DNA of 64,000 bases from a bacterium (GCA_030699935.1 JAUYKS010000002.1:65018-129017); one strand, 5' to 3'; shown: positions 19,089 through 29,316, counted from the first letter of the stretch. Notes: generated by a model from the sequence alone, not told the origin. Numbers and translations: made by a program.

Positions 19089-19720
19089 ACACCGAATCGA
19101 AAGTCCTGATCGCCATCGCCGCCGTGATTACCGTCGCGGCCAGCGTTTTGCTGGTGATGGCCGGCGGCAAGGACGATGCCAAGCCGGTCGCCGACCCAGG
19201 CAAGTTGGTCCGCTCCGACTCCATCCAAAGCAACCCGAAGGCCAAGGTCACGCTGGTCGAGTTCGGTGACCTACAGTGCTCGGCTTGCGCTGCGGCCAAT
19301 CCCACCGTGCAGCAGGTCAAGAAGCGTTACGGCGCCAAGATCAACTTCGTCTGGCGGCACTTCCCGCTGAACATCCATCGGAACGCGCTGACCTCAGCTA
19401 ACGCCTCCGAAGCCGCGAACGCACAAGACAAGTTCTTCGCGTTCGCCGACAAGCTGATGGCGACGCAGAGCGCCTGGGGCGAAGCCGGCACCCCCGCCGC
19501 GATCCAACTGTTCGTCTCATACGGCGGCAGCCTCGGAGTCAGCGGTCCGGCGATCGAAAAGGCCGTCAAGGAGCAGCAGTACAAGGCCAAGATATCCAAG
19601 GATTACGCGGACGGCGAGGCGCTCGGCGTGAACTCGACCCCGACCTTCTTCTTGAACGGAAAAAAGGTCGAGACGACGGAACTGCTCAAGGCGGTCGGCG
19701 CCGCGGTCAGCCAGAAGTAA
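19085..19720 (+). CDS. DsbA/BdbD-family thiol-disulfide oxidoreductase
   Basis: N-terminal anchor, EFGDLQCSAC, WRHFPL, GVNSTPTFFLNG. Confidence 0.92.
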   Translation: MNTESKVLIAIAAVITVAASVLLVMAGGKDDAKPVADPGKLVRSDSIQSNPKAKVTLVEFGDLQCSACAAANPTVQQVKKRYGAKINFVWRHFPLNIHRNALTSANASEAANAQDKFFAFADKLMATQSAWGEAGTPAAIQLFVSYGGSLGVSGPAIEKAVKEQQYKAKISKDYADGEALGVNSTPTFFLNGKKVETTELLKAVGAAVSQK

Positions 19721-19742
19721 TTCGTACCTTATAAGTCCTTCA

Positions 19743-19771
19743 TTGACACGAAAGGGCGGATGAGGTACCAT
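19743..19771 (+). promoter_or_regulatory. Sigma-70 promoter for udg-rnj
   Basis: TTGACA-N17-TACCAT. Confidence 0.7.
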
Positions 19772-19895
19772 TACCACCACTTAACAGGAACGCAGTCGCT
19801 TGATTTCAAGCGCACAGCGTCCACTCAACAGCCTCGGCGCCGAGGGCCTTCTCCAGGAAGACTTCGCCGCCAACTCTACGGGCTACGGAAAAAGT

Positions 19896-20594
19896 TTGAA
19901 GACTCTTGACCAGATCGCGGAAGAAATCCGCGCCCATAACGGGTGCGGTTTCGAGCCGTGCGAACAGGCGACCAACCTGGTGCCTGGTGAGGGTAACCCG
20001 CAGGCCGACGTCATGTTCATCGGGGAAGCGCCCGGCAAGAACGAGGACCTGCAGGGGCGGCCGTTCGTTGGTGCGGCCGGCAAGCTCCTCGACGAGCTGA
20101 TCGAGTCGATCGGCATGAAGCGGGAAGACGTCTTCATCGGGAACGTCCTGAAGGGTCGTCCGCCGGGGAATCGCGATCCGAAGCCGGAGGAGATCGACCA
20201 TTCCTGGCCGTGGCTGCGCGACCAGATCGCGGCGATCCAGCCCAAGCTGATCGTGCTGCTGGGCCGCCACGCGATGGACTGGTTCCTGCCGGATCTCAAG
20301 ATCTCGGTCGACCACGGCCGGGCCAAGCGGTTCCGCGGGCAGACCTACCTGCCGGTGTATCATCCCGCTGCCGCGCTCTATACGGGCTCACTTCGACAGA
20401 CCCTATTCGATGACTTCGCGCAGATCCCGCAGCTGCTGAAGAAAGTCGATAAGCTGCCGAAGGAGAAGGCCGAGATCGAACCGGTCTTCAAGCTGAAGAT
20501 TCGGAAAGCGCTGGCCCAGAATGCCGGAAAAGAAGACGGCGCTGACGCGCCCGAATCGACAAAGAATACTACTAATCAAGAAAGTTTACTCTGA
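19896..20594 (+). CDS. Uracil-DNA glycosylase, family 4
   Basis: GEAPGKNED..GRPFVGAAG, RPPGNRDP, YHPAAALY. Start uncertain; TTG 19896 chosen by domain boundary. Confidence 0.9.
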   Translation: MKTLDQIAEEIRAHNGCGFEPCEQATNLVPGEGNPQADVMFIGEAPGKNEDLQGRPFVGAAGKLLDELIESIGMKREDVFIGNVLKGRPPGNRDPKPEEIDHSWPWLRDQIAAIQPKLIVLLGRHAMDWFLPDLKISVDHGRAKRFRGQTYLPVYHPAAALYTGSLRQTLFDDFAQIPQLLKKVDKLPKEKAEIEPVFKLKIRKALAQNAGKEDGADAPESTKNTTNQESLL

Positions 20595-20595
20595 A

Positions 20596-22581
20596 ATGAA
20601 TCAACCAAACCAACCAAACCAATCGAATCAACCTAACCGCCCGAACCGATCGGGACAATCCCGCCCCTCCGGACAACAGGGACAACAGGGAGGACCAGGG
20701 CGCGATAACCGCTCCGGTCGTCCCAACCGCTCCAGCAAGCCGGGCGGACGGGGCAATGCTCCTGGGAACCACCCCGGAAACCGGGGCGGACGCCCCGGCG
20801 GCGGAGGCAGCGGAGGCGGACCCAAGAAACGCCGACGCAACGGACCGCCGCCGAACCGCTCGACCGGGCTGAACCTCAGCCGGGCCGAGATTGACACGAA
20901 GAAACCGGCGCCGCCGGGACCGAATCACCTCCGGATCATCCCGATGGGCGGACTCGGCGAGATCGGCATGAACTGCACCGCGCTGGAGTTCGGCAATGAC
21001 ATTATCGTCATTGATGTCGGCTTCATGTTCCCGGACGAGACGATGCCGGGCGTCGACTACGTCATTCCGGACATCTCGTACCTGGAGGCCCGCAAGGACC
21101 GGATCCGCGGCATCTTCATCACCCACGCGCACCTCGACCACATCGGCGGTGCGCCGTACCTGATCCCGAAACTCGGCTTTCCCCCGGTCTTCGCTACCAA
21201 GCTGGCCGACGGGTTCATCAAGAACCAACTCGAGGAACACAAGCTCGACACCCGCGTGAAAGTCACTCGCTTCAAATTCGACGATCGACTCAAGGCCGGC
21301 GTGTTCACGGTGGAACCGTTCCACGTCAATCACAGCATTCCGGAAGGAGTCGGATTCGCGATTACCACGCCGGTCGGCGTGATTACGACCAGTGGTGACT
21401 TCAAGTTCGACAAGACGCCGATCGCCGACACGCCGGCCGAACTCGAAAAGATCAAACGCATCGGCGAGCGCGGCGTGCTCCTGGCGATGAACGAGTCGAC
21501 GAACATCGAAAAACCGGGTCACACGGTTTCCGAGCTGGAGATTGAAAAAAGCCTGATCGAGCAGATCGGCAAGGCCAAGGGGCGGGTGATCATGTCGACC
21601 TTCTCCTCGTTGGTGGCCCGGATCCAGGAGACCATCGACGCGGCTGACAAGAACGGCCGCAAGGTATCGATCGTCGGACGTTCGATGATCAGGAACGTCG
21701 AGACTTGTCAGCGTCTCGGCTACATGAAGATTCCCAAAGGGATCCTCGTCGACGTCCGCCGGGCCCAGAACATTCCGGACCGGGAGCTCCTGGTGATCTG
21801 CACCGGCTCCCAAGCGACGGAGTACTCGGCCTTGCTCCGGATGTCCTTGGGTGAGCACAAGCAGATCAAGATCAAGCCGAGCGACACGGTGCTGCTCTCC
21901 AGCTCACCGGTACCGGGTAACGAACGGGCAGTGCATTCCATGATGGATGACCTCTTCCGGCAGGGCGCCGACGTGGTGTATTCGAAGGAATACGGCATCT
22001 ATACGTCTGGACACGCTCATCGCGAGGAACTCCGGGAGATGATCCAAATGCTCAAGCCGAAACACTTCATGCCGATCCACGGCGAATACCATAAGCGGGT
22101 GTTGCACGGCCGGTTGGCCAACGAAGAAGGCGTTTCGCCCGCGAACGTCCACCTGATCGATAACGGCAAGGTGCTCGAGGTCCGCGGTCCGGATGACGTC
22201 CGGCTCAGCAAGGAGCGGGTCGGCGGCGGCCTGGTGTTGATAGACGGTCTCGGTGTCGGCGACATCGGCGAAGTGGTGCTGCGGGACCGCAAGCACATGG
22301 CGGAGGACGGCATGGTCGTGGCGATCGTCACGGTCGACCGCCGGAACGGCAAACTGGTCGGCAGTCCGGACATCATTTCCCGCGGCTTCGTCTATCTCAA
22401 GGAGTCCGGGAAACTGATTGGCCAGGCGAGGGACCGTATCCGGAAAATCGCTCAGTCCCAAGGCAACCGACAGCCGGAACGTGACGCGCTGAAGAACAAG
22501 TTGCGGGACGACCTCGGCGACTTCTTTTACGACCAGACGGAACGCCGCCCGATGGTGATCCCGGTCATCATCGAAGTCTGA
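20596..22581 (+). CDS. rnj: Ribonuclease J with a long low-complexity N/Q/G/R/P N-terminus
   Basis: GGLGEIGMN, THAHLDHIG, HSIPE, SGHA, PIHGE, RRPMVIP. Confidence 0.96.
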   Translation: MNQPNQPNQSNQPNRPNRSGQSRPSGQQGQQGGPGRDNRSGRPNRSSKPGGRGNAPGNHPGNRGGRPGGGGSGGGPKKRRRNGPPPNRSTGLNLSRAEIDTKKPAPPGPNHLRIIPMGGLGEIGMNCTALEFGNDIIVIDVGFMFPDETMPGVDYVIPDISYLEARKDRIRGIFITHAHLDHIGGAPYLIPKLGFPPVFATKLADGFIKNQLEEHKLDTRVKVTRFKFDDRLKAGVFTVEPFHVNHSIPEGVGFAITTPVGVITTSGDFKFDKTPIADTPAELEKIKRIGERGVLLAMNESTNIEKPGHTVSELEIEKSLIEQIGKAKGRVIMSTFSSLVARIQETIDAADKNGRKVSIVGRSMIRNVETCQRLGYMKIPKGILVDVRRAQNIPDRELLVICTGSQATEYSALLRMSLGEHKQIKIKPSDTVLLSSSPVPGNERAVHSMMDDLFRQGADVVYSKEYGIYTSGHAHREELREMIQMLKPKHFMPIHGEYHKRVLHGRLANEEGVSPANVHLIDNGKVLEVRGPDDVRLSKERVGGGLVLIDGLGVGDIGEVVLRDRKHMAEDGMVVAIVTVDRRNGKLVGSPDIISRGFVYLKESGKLIGQARDRIRKIAQSQGNRQPERDALKNKLRDDLGDFFYDQTERRPMVIPVIIEV

Positions 22582-22608
22582 TCGGTTATTTGCAGCCTGT
22601 GCAGCCGG

Positions 22609-24423
22609 TCATTGCGTGACCGGTTCGCACGGGCCGCTGGCCGAATCACAGACCACCTCGCGCCAGCCTCCGACGGCGAAGCTGCCGCCGGGGCCGTTGC
22701 TGAAGTTGATATCGTTCAGGCCGGAGACGTAGGTCACCACCGCGTTGTTGTCCAGCACCAGCCGGTTCGCGGTCAGGGCATTCGCGCCCGCGTTATTGTG
22801 CAGCCGGATCGTCCCCTTCGGCGCGGCCAGGATGATGTTGGTCGCGTTGTTCGAGACGTCGATCGCGTTGTCGGACGTACTGGTGGTCCCGAGCAGCAGG
22901 AAGCTGTTCGGCGTGCCGCTGCCGGTGAAGAGTACGTTGTTGCTGATGGTGACCGTCCCGTCCCCGACGATGACGCCGCTGTCCGCGCCGTAGCCGGGAT
23001 CGAGCACGATGGTCGCGTTGTTCGAGAACAGCATCGTTCCGGTCACATACAGGGTCCCCGTTATCCGCAAGGTGGAGCCGTTCTCGACGGTCAGGTTTCC
23101 GTCGATCTTGAGCGGCCCCATCGTCTGGCTCGTGCCGAGGGCGATCGTCACGTCACCGGTGTACGTTCCGCCCGACGCTCCCTGGGTCTTGAAGTCGATG
23201 ATGTTGGCGTCGGTGATCGGCAAGTCTCGCTGCGGCGGGTCCTCGCTGCCGGGGAAGCTGCTGCCGGCGATCGTGGAACCGTTGTCGGCCTGGAAGTACG
23301 CGTCGCCGCCCACGGTGAGCTGGTTAAGCGTGTTGGCATGGACATCTCCGCCGATGTCGACGCCTTGGGCGTAGGTCGGCGGGCTGCCCATGAACGCTTT
23401 GAACGCGAAGTCCTTACCGACCGGACTCCAGGTCATCGTCCCGCTGCTCCGCCAGCGGTCGGAGCTCTTGCCGGTGCCGTTCGGGTAACCGTTGTCATCG
23501 CCGACGCCCCAGGCCCAGTAGTTCGTCGCGGACCCGGACGTGTCGACGACGATCCAGTACTTCTGGCCGTTCGTCAGGGTCGGAGGGTTCGTCAGGCTGA
23601 CGTCGATGAATTGCAGGGTCGATCCGACCGACGACGCGTTCAGCGTGCCGCCGGCGACCTGCGTCCCAGAAGGTTGGTTGTTGTTGTCGGTGACGATCCG
23701 GATGGTCGCGTTGGCCGGATTGCCGAATTTCTTCACCTTGAGCGCCACCTTGACCAGCTTGCCGCTCTGGGACGTGTCGGCGGTGAACGCTTGGGCGACA
23801 TCGATCACGTTAGGACTGGAAGATTTCCCGAAGATGAAGTCGGTCACCGTGGCCGGATCGTGCTCGGGTGACGCGTCGGGGGCTGCCGTTCCGGCCACCC
23901 AGACGTCTCCCGACACAGAGGCGTTGTTCTCACCCGTGTGGTTGCCGTTGGAATAAGTGCTACCGATGATATCGGCGTTGTTGCCCATGGTAATGCCACC
24001 GGCACCGGCCTGCAGAGCGTATACGAAGTCCGCGTCGACCGACGGCTGCGGGCAGTCGTCGACCTGGATCCGTCGGACCAGCGTGTCATGATAGCCGGAC
24101 GCCATGATCTGGCGGACGTCCTGGCACGATTCCGTGTCGATCGTCTCGACCCTGTATTCGGTGCGGTTCCGGTCGTCGAAGGATGTCTCTACGGTGGCAC
24201 CGCCCGCTCCGAATCCCGGGCTGCGCTTTACCTGCAGCAGGCCGTCCTCGACGCCGCTCTCGGCGTTCACGATGCTCTGCGTCGAATCCAACCGCTCCTG
24301 GCTCTGCTGCATGGAGAGAACGGAAGTGGTCACCATCGCGCTGCCGATCACCACGATGATCGCGGAAAAGATCATCACCCCGAGGATGCCGACGACGCCG
24401 GACTGACCGCGTCCTCTGATCAT
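22609..24423 (-). CDS. PilX-like minor pilin / pilus-associated adhesin with large beta-rich domains
   Basis: Basic-G|hydrophobic prepilin-like N-terminus, AESGVEDGL PilX-type segment, Asn/Thr/Gly-rich beta repeats, C-terminal WREV. Confidence 0.75.
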   Translation of the reverse strand: MIRGRGQSGVVGILGVMIFSAIIVVIGSAMVTTSVLSMQQSQERLDSTQSIVNAESGVEDGLLQVKRSPGFGAGGATVETSFDDRNRTEYRVETIDTESCQDVRQIMASGYHDTLVRRIQVDDCPQPSVDADFVYALQAGAGGITMGNNADIIGSTYSNGNHTGENNASVSGDVWVAGTAAPDASPEHDPATVTDFIFGKSSSPNVIDVAQAFTADTSQSGKLVKVALKVKKFGNPANATIRIVTDNNNQPSGTQVAGGTLNASSVGSTLQFIDVSLTNPPTLTNGQKYWIVVDTSGSATNYWAWGVGDDNGYPNGTGKSSDRWRSSGTMTWSPVGKDFAFKAFMGSPPTYAQGVDIGGDVHANTLNQLTVGGDAYFQADNGSTIAGSSFPGSEDPPQRDLPITDANIIDFKTQGASGGTYTGDVTIALGTSQTMGPLKIDGNLTVENGSTLRITGTLYVTGTMLFSNNATIVLDPGYGADSGVIVGDGTVTISNNVLFTGSGTPNSFLLLGTTSTSDNAIDVSNNATNIILAAPKGTIRLHNNAGANALTANRLVLDNNAVVTYVSGLNDINFSNGPGGSFAVGGWREVVCDSASGPCEPVTQ

Positions 24424-24905
24424 TGCGGCCTCGTCCCTACCGAGATGGATATGTCCGTGGTCTTGGTCCGCCCCGAAGCCGATTTGGAAAGCGTGGCCTT
24501 GAACCGCAGCGTGACCAGAGCCGTCCCGTCGCAGGTTGGGAAGAAGCGGACGCTGGAGGCGCTGGTGCCCGGCGACAACAGGTTCTCGGCGGTGCCGCCT
24601 TTGACGAATTCGATCTGCGCCCCGTTACGTTGGTAGGTCACGGCTCCGCCGGGAGCGGCCAAGGTGATCTGGTCTACGCTTTCGACGTTGCAGACGGAGC
24701 CTCCCGACACCCCAGTGGTTTCCGCGACCGTCCGTCCCAGGTGGGCGGTCACCCGGTCCGACTCGCGCTGCAGGCTCTGGACCAGCCGGTCGTCGACTTG
24801 CTGTCGGATGACCGTCACATAAAGCGTCCCGGCCGCCACGATCAGCAGGATGAATATCGAGATTGCGACCAGCAGTTCGATCAGCGTGAAGCCGGATTCC
24901 TTCAT
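24420..24905 (-). CDS. Type IV prepilin-like protein (PilW-like)
   Basis: MKESG|FTLIELLVAI N-methylation motif. Confidence 0.88.
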   Translation of the reverse strand: MKESGFTLIELLVAISIFILLIVAAGTLYVTVIRQQVDDRLVQSLQRESDRVTAHLGRTVAETTGVSGGSVCNVESVDQITLAAPGGAVTYQRNGAQIEFVKGGTAENLLSPGTSASSVRFFPTCDGTALVTLRFKATLSKSASGRTKTTDISISVGTRPQ

Positions 24906-25417
24906 TGCCAGTCCGTCAGGTAACCGAATACGCTGCGCGATTTGTCCTGATTGCCCTGCTGCCAAGTCACCGTCACCGTGACCTTCTTCGTCTCTGGGTC
25001 CTCGAAGCTGCCGCAGGTCGCGCCCTGGCAGATCTTGTCTCCCGCGGACAGCGCGCCGTTACCGTCCGTATCGCTGCGCCGGACGGACGCGATGGTGACC
25101 CGGCGGGTGAACGTCCCCAGCGTCTCGCTGCCGGCTTGCAGGGCCCACGGCGGGTTGGTGCCGGGTTGGGCCGAGAGGCCGTAGGTACCGTCGGTGGCGA
25201 TCGCGTCCCAGTCGTCGTCCCGGATGACGCGGACCGCGTCCATGCCTTCTTTGAGGTGGCCGCCGACCGTGACCAAATCCGCGCCGTAGTCCGAGGTGGA
25301 CCTGGCGACCAGGACGACCTGGATCATCCCCACGACCCCGATTACGAATACGGAGATCGCGACGACCGCTTCCATCAGGGTGAACCCGCGTTCGCGCTGG
25401 CGTTGGCTACTCCTCAT
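24902..25417 (-). CDS. Type IV prepilin-like protein (PilV-like)
   Basis: RG|FTLMEAVVAI; C-terminal KKVTVTVTW. Confidence 0.88.
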   Translation of the reverse strand: MRSSQRQRERGFTLMEAVVAISVFVIGVVGMIQVVLVARSTSDYGADLVTVGGHLKEGMDAVRVIRDDDWDAIATDGTYGLSAQPGTNPPWALQAGSETLGTFTRRVTIASVRRSDTDGNGALSAGDKICQGATCGSFEDPETKKVTVTVTWQQGNQDKSRSVFGYLTDWQ

Positions 25418-25889
25418 GGATTCCTCCGTTCGGGTCGACCTTCAGGGTCCGGGTCCGGTCGGGATCGGTCAGGGTCAGCGTGAGCGTGGCCTGGCTGCTA
25501 CCCTTGGTGCGGCCGGTGATGCGCTGGAAGACGATGCGGTCCGACGACGGGCTGATTTCCACGCCCATCGCGGCGACCCGGAAAGTCTCGGACCTGATTT
25601 TCCCGGCGAAGCCGGATTCGCAGGGATCGGCGGTCGAGTCGCTCGGGATGGAGAAGGAGGTCCAGCCGCCGGACGCGAAGCACATGCCGAATTCCTCGTT
25701 ACCCTTGGCCGCCCGGGCGTCGGATTGGAGAGACCGCAGGTTGGCGGTCAGTTCGTCGAAGTCCTGTCCGAACTTGGCGGGACGGTCGCCGCCGGTCATG
25801 CTGAACGCGATCGCTACCACGACCGCGATGATCGCCATGACCACGACGACCTCGACTACGGTATACCCCCGATTGCGCGTTCCGATCAT
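25407..25889 (-). CDS. Type IV prepilin-like protein (FimT/GspH-like)
   Basis: RG|YTVVEVVVVMAII; IVFQRITG. Confidence 0.85.
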   Translation of the reverse strand: MIGTRNRGYTVVEVVVVMAIIAVVVAIAFSMTGGDRPAKFGQDFDELTANLRSLQSDARAAKGNEEFGMCFASGGWTSFSIPSDSTADPCESGFAGKIRSETFRVAAMGVEISPSSDRIVFQRITGRTKGSSQATLTLTLTDPDRTRTLKVDPNGGIHEE

Positions 25890-25970
25890 TTGTTTTCGTT
25901 CATCCGTTTTCGTCCCAAGTATATGCGAGTTTGCGCCCGTGCGAAGCCGGTCACCCTTATACTGATAGCC

Positions 25971-27785
25971 ATGGGTTCAAATCAGGAAAACATCCGCAAT
26001 TTCTGCATCATCGCGCATATCGACCACGGCAAGTCCACGCTGGCCGACCGGCTGCTCGAGCTGACCGGCACGGTCCAGAAGCGCGACATGCAGGATCAGC
26101 TGCTGGACTCGATGGAACTCGAGCGGGAACGCGGCATCACGATCAAGCTCCAGCCGGTGACGATGCAGTGGACCCCGAAGGCCGCCGGATCGGACGCTCC
26201 GCTGACGATGAACCTGATCGACACGCCGGGGCACGTCGACTTCTCTTACGAGGTCTCGCGGACGTTGTCGGCTTGCGAGGGGGCGCTGCTGCTGGTCGAC
26301 GCCACGCAAGGCATCCAAGCCCAGACGCTGGCCCACGCGACGCAGGCGAAGGCGCAGGGGCTCACGCTGATTCCCGTTATCAACAAGATCGACCTGCCGG
26401 CCGCCGAACCGGAGGACACCGCCCTGGCGATCGCCGAGACGTTGGAGATTTCCGCGGACGACGTGATCTTCATCTCGGCCAAGACCGGCGAGGGCGTGGA
26501 CGAGGTCCTGCAGGCGATCGGGGATCGTGTTCCCGCGCCGGAAGGCCAGGCCGGTGCGCCGCTCCGGGCGTTGGTATTCGACTCGCGTTACGATCCGTAC
26601 CAGGGCGTGGTCGCCTCAGTTCGGGTGGTCGACGGCTCGTTGCCGGCCCGCTCGAAGATCAAGCTGATGGCGGTCGGAAAGTCGGCGGAGTCGAACGACG
26701 TCGGCGTGCTGCGGCCGCAGCCGGAGGCGCGACCGCAGCTGGAAACCGGCGAGATCGGCTACCTGGTCACGGGATTCAAGTCGATCGTCGAAGTCCGGGT
26801 CGGCGACACGGTGACGCTGGCGGCGGAGCCGGCCGGCGAGCCGCTGCCCGGCTACCGCGAAGTCTCACCGATGGTGTTCGCCGGAATCTTCCTGGAGTCG
26901 TCCGGCGGCGACTTCGGCAAGCTCCGCGAAGCGCTCGGCAAGCTGGCGCTCAACGACGCCTCGCTCAGCTACGAGCCGGTGCAGTCGCAGGCGCTCGGCC
27001 AAGGCTTCCGGGCCGGCTTCCTCGGGCTGCTCCACCTCGACATCATCCGCGAGCGGCTGACGCGCGAATTCAATCTGAACCTGGTGGTTACCGCGCCGAC
27101 GGTACCGTACGAGATTCGGCTGACCGATGGCAGCGAGCTCACCCTGACCGACCCGGCCGAGCTGCCGGACGTGACCCGGATCGCCGAGATCCGCGAGCCC
27201 TGGGCGGAGTTGGAGATCGTCTGCCGGTCGCAGGACCTCGGCGCCGTCCAGCGGCTGATTGCCGACCGACGCGGCACGTTCGGCGACACGCGGTTCGCCG
27301 CTTCCGAGCGAGTGATCGTCAAGGCGGAAGTCCCGCTCGCCAACCTGGTCGCCGACTTCTACGATCAGCTCAAGGGAGCGACCGCCGGATACGGGTCGCT
27401 CTCATACGAACTCACCGACTTCCGTCCGGCCCCGTTAGTCCGCCTGGACTTCCTGGTCGCGGGCGACGCGGTCTCCGGACTCTCGGTAATCGTCCACAAG
27501 AGCGAAAGCGACCGCCGGTCGCGGGCGGTGTTGGCAAAACTCAAGGAGGTCATCCCGCCGGCGATGTTCCAGATCGCCTTACAAGCGGTCGTCGGCGGAA
27601 AGGTGTTGGCCCGCGAGGACATCAGCGCCCGCAAGAAGGACGTGACCGCCGGGCTGTACGGCGGCGACGTCACCCGGAAGCGCAAGCTTCAGGAGAAGCA
27701 GAAGAAGGGCAAGGCCCGAATGAAGTCCGAAGGCAGCGTGCGCGTGCCGCCGGAGGCGTTCGTGGCGGTGCTCAAGCAGGACTGA
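25971..27785 (+). CDS. lepA: Translation elongation factor 4 (LepA)
   Basis: IRNFCIIAHIDHGKSTLADR, DTPGHVDF, NKID, LYGGDVTRKRKL; start 7 nt after TATACT. Confidence 0.97.
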   Translation: MGSNQENIRNFCIIAHIDHGKSTLADRLLELTGTVQKRDMQDQLLDSMELERERGITIKLQPVTMQWTPKAAGSDAPLTMNLIDTPGHVDFSYEVSRTLSACEGALLLVDATQGIQAQTLAHATQAKAQGLTLIPVINKIDLPAAEPEDTALAIAETLEISADDVIFISAKTGEGVDEVLQAIGDRVPAPEGQAGAPLRALVFDSRYDPYQGVVASVRVVDGSLPARSKIKLMAVGKSAESNDVGVLRPQPEARPQLETGEIGYLVTGFKSIVEVRVGDTVTLAAEPAGEPLPGYREVSPMVFAGIFLESSGGDFGKLREALGKLALNDASLSYEPVQSQALGQGFRAGFLGLLHLDIIRERLTREFNLNLVVTAPTVPYEIRLTDGSELTLTDPAELPDVTRIAEIREPWAELEIVCRSQDLGAVQRLIADRRGTFGDTRFAASERVIVKAEVPLANLVADFYDQLKGATAGYGSLSYELTDFRPAPLVRLDFLVAGDAVSGLSVIVHKSESDRRSRAVLAKLKEVIPPAMFQIALQAVVGGKVLAREDISARKKDVTAGLYGGDVTRKRKLQEKQKKGKARMKSEGSVRVPPEAFVAVLKQD

Positions 27786-27804
27786 CCAACGACCGTTCCC
27801 ATCC

Positions 27805-27833
27805 TTGACAAGTAGGCAATAATTGGCTATACT
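27805..27833 (+). promoter_or_regulatory. Near-consensus sigma-70 promoter
   Basis: TTGACA-N17-TATACT. Confidence 0.75.
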
Positions 27834-27853
27834 AGGCCAATTACCTTCGTATT

Positions 27854-28873
27854 ATGTCAAAACATTCTTCAGCTGAAACCGGACTTCCGAACCCCGCCGA
27901 GTTCGTAACTCGTCTCGGACCAGTAGCCGAGCGTGTGAAAGAGCTATTTTCGGAGGTCAAGGAAACAGTCGTCGATTACGACCTTGAAGGCAATGCCTCG
28001 AGGTTGGAAACGTTGCAGGAGAAATTCTCCGGGGAGCAAACCCGCGCCGTCGCTCGCGATGACTTCGGTCCGGAGTTCGCCGAGAACGAGATCAGGCTGG
28101 CTGCCGTGAATGCCGAGCAAGTCGATAATACGTTCCTGCGAGAACAGCACGCTGGAATGAAACCGGATCTTGAGCACGCTGGCATGATGAAGCACACGTA
28201 TGAGGAGAACGCCGAACTATGGGCGCGAGTCCTTGGCGGAGAATCGACGGAGAAAGACAAAGAAATGCTTGGCGGATACATTGAGAACAATCGGAAGCGT
28301 CTTGATGAAGAGGTCGCAAGGGGTCATGAATTCGGATTCGATCGTTTGAAGGAGACTTCCGACGATCCCTCAAGCGTCGATGATTTGATCGAATACGCCA
28401 AACGTACCGATCAGTACGAGACCGGAAATCGGGACACTGAACGGGCCAACCGGGAACCCGTCGATCAGGAACGCTCCGACGAGGACCGTCAGAAAGAAGC
28501 GAACCGCTCCATAGCTTTCTCCAAGGAGGAATTCAGCAGGGCTCTTGGTTTCGAAATGCCGTTCCAACGTCTTGAGCTTGGTGACGACATCAGGTTGCGG
28601 GAAACGCTGGCCAAGCGTCTTGGCGAGATTCGTAAGACAATGACACGGGAGCGTGGCGCGGACTTCCGTGAGCAGAAGCAGAGGTTCGCCCCGCAAGTCC
28701 GCTCGTTATTCGAGGAGTTCGCACCGTCGAGCCAGGCTCGCGACAAAATCAGGCGCGATTTCGAGCGGGGCATGGAAGATCCCCGCGCCAGGGCACGCAA
28801 GGAGCAGGAGGAGCGGGTGAATCGCGCCAGGCAGCGGAACCGGACCGACCGCAATCATCGTACCGGTCGTTAA
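27854..28873 (+). CDS. Hypothetical highly charged helical protein
   Basis: 339-aa E/R-rich ORF with lower GC and a strong upstream promoter. Confidence 0.65.
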   Translation: MSKHSSAETGLPNPAEFVTRLGPVAERVKELFSEVKETVVDYDLEGNASRLETLQEKFSGEQTRAVARDDFGPEFAENEIRLAAVNAEQVDNTFLREQHAGMKPDLEHAGMMKHTYEENAELWARVLGGESTEKDKEMLGGYIENNRKRLDEEVARGHEFGFDRLKETSDDPSSVDDLIEYAKRTDQYETGNRDTERANREPVDQERSDEDRQKEANRSIAFSKEEFSRALGFEMPFQRLELGDDIRLRETLAKRLGEIRKTMTRERGADFREQKQRFAPQVRSLFEEFAPSSQARDKIRRDFERGMEDPRARARKEQEERVNRARQRNRTDRNHRTGR

Positions 28874-28948
28874 TCCGTCCAGTTTGCTAGAGCTGAACGA
28901 GAACAATCCCCAGGGTGCGGGACTCGCTCGAACCCAGGCTGAATTGTC

Positions 28949-29197
28949 TCAGAACTGGACTTCGGCGGCTGCGGTAGCCTCGGGCGACGGTTCGACCGTG
29001 GCTTCCGGAGAAGCGGTCGACTCTTCGACCGGCACGACGACGGCGTCTTCGATCTCGACATCCGCGGTCTCATCGGCGATCTGCCAGGCATAAAGTACGG
29101 CGCCGACCACGAGGCCGCCGACGATGAATCCACCGACGAACGTCGTGAACGGGTGTGCGTGGTTCTTTCCCCACTGGAATACTGTACGATGCGGCAT
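28949..29197 (-). CDS. Small single-pass membrane protein
   Basis: One TM helix and an acidic tail; SD AGGAGGAG upstream. Confidence 0.65.
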   Translation of the reverse strand: MPHRTVFQWGKNHAHPFTTFVGGFIVGGLVVGAVLYAWQIADETADVEIEDAVVVPVEESTASPEATVEPSPEATAAAEVQF

Positions 29198-29316
29198 AAA
29201 ACTACTCCTCCTTTAGTTAGGCCTTGTTTGCTGTATTCATTGTGCGCGGGCGGGAAGCGGCGCGTCAACTAGCCTGAAATCTCCCGCCCCGCCTGAAATG
29301 CCCCCGATCCTTCTCG

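Noticed and set aside
20596-20860. Repetitive AACC/CCG-rich tract resembling a repeat array
   Set aside because: It encodes the low-complexity N-terminus of RNase J; there is no fixed repeat-spacer period. No CRISPR array or cas gene was seen in the window.
25296-25970. Apparent 225-aa N-terminal extension of LepA; similar extensions on nfo, rnj, ruvA, yebC and the ABC permease
   Set aside because: The extensions overlap neighbouring genes or promoter DNA; homology and -10 boxes place the starts downstream.
29244-29300. GC-rich inverted repeat and GCCTGAAAT direct repeat upstream of CIRCE
   Set aside because: Short, overlapping a divergent promoter, and not distinguishable from chance.
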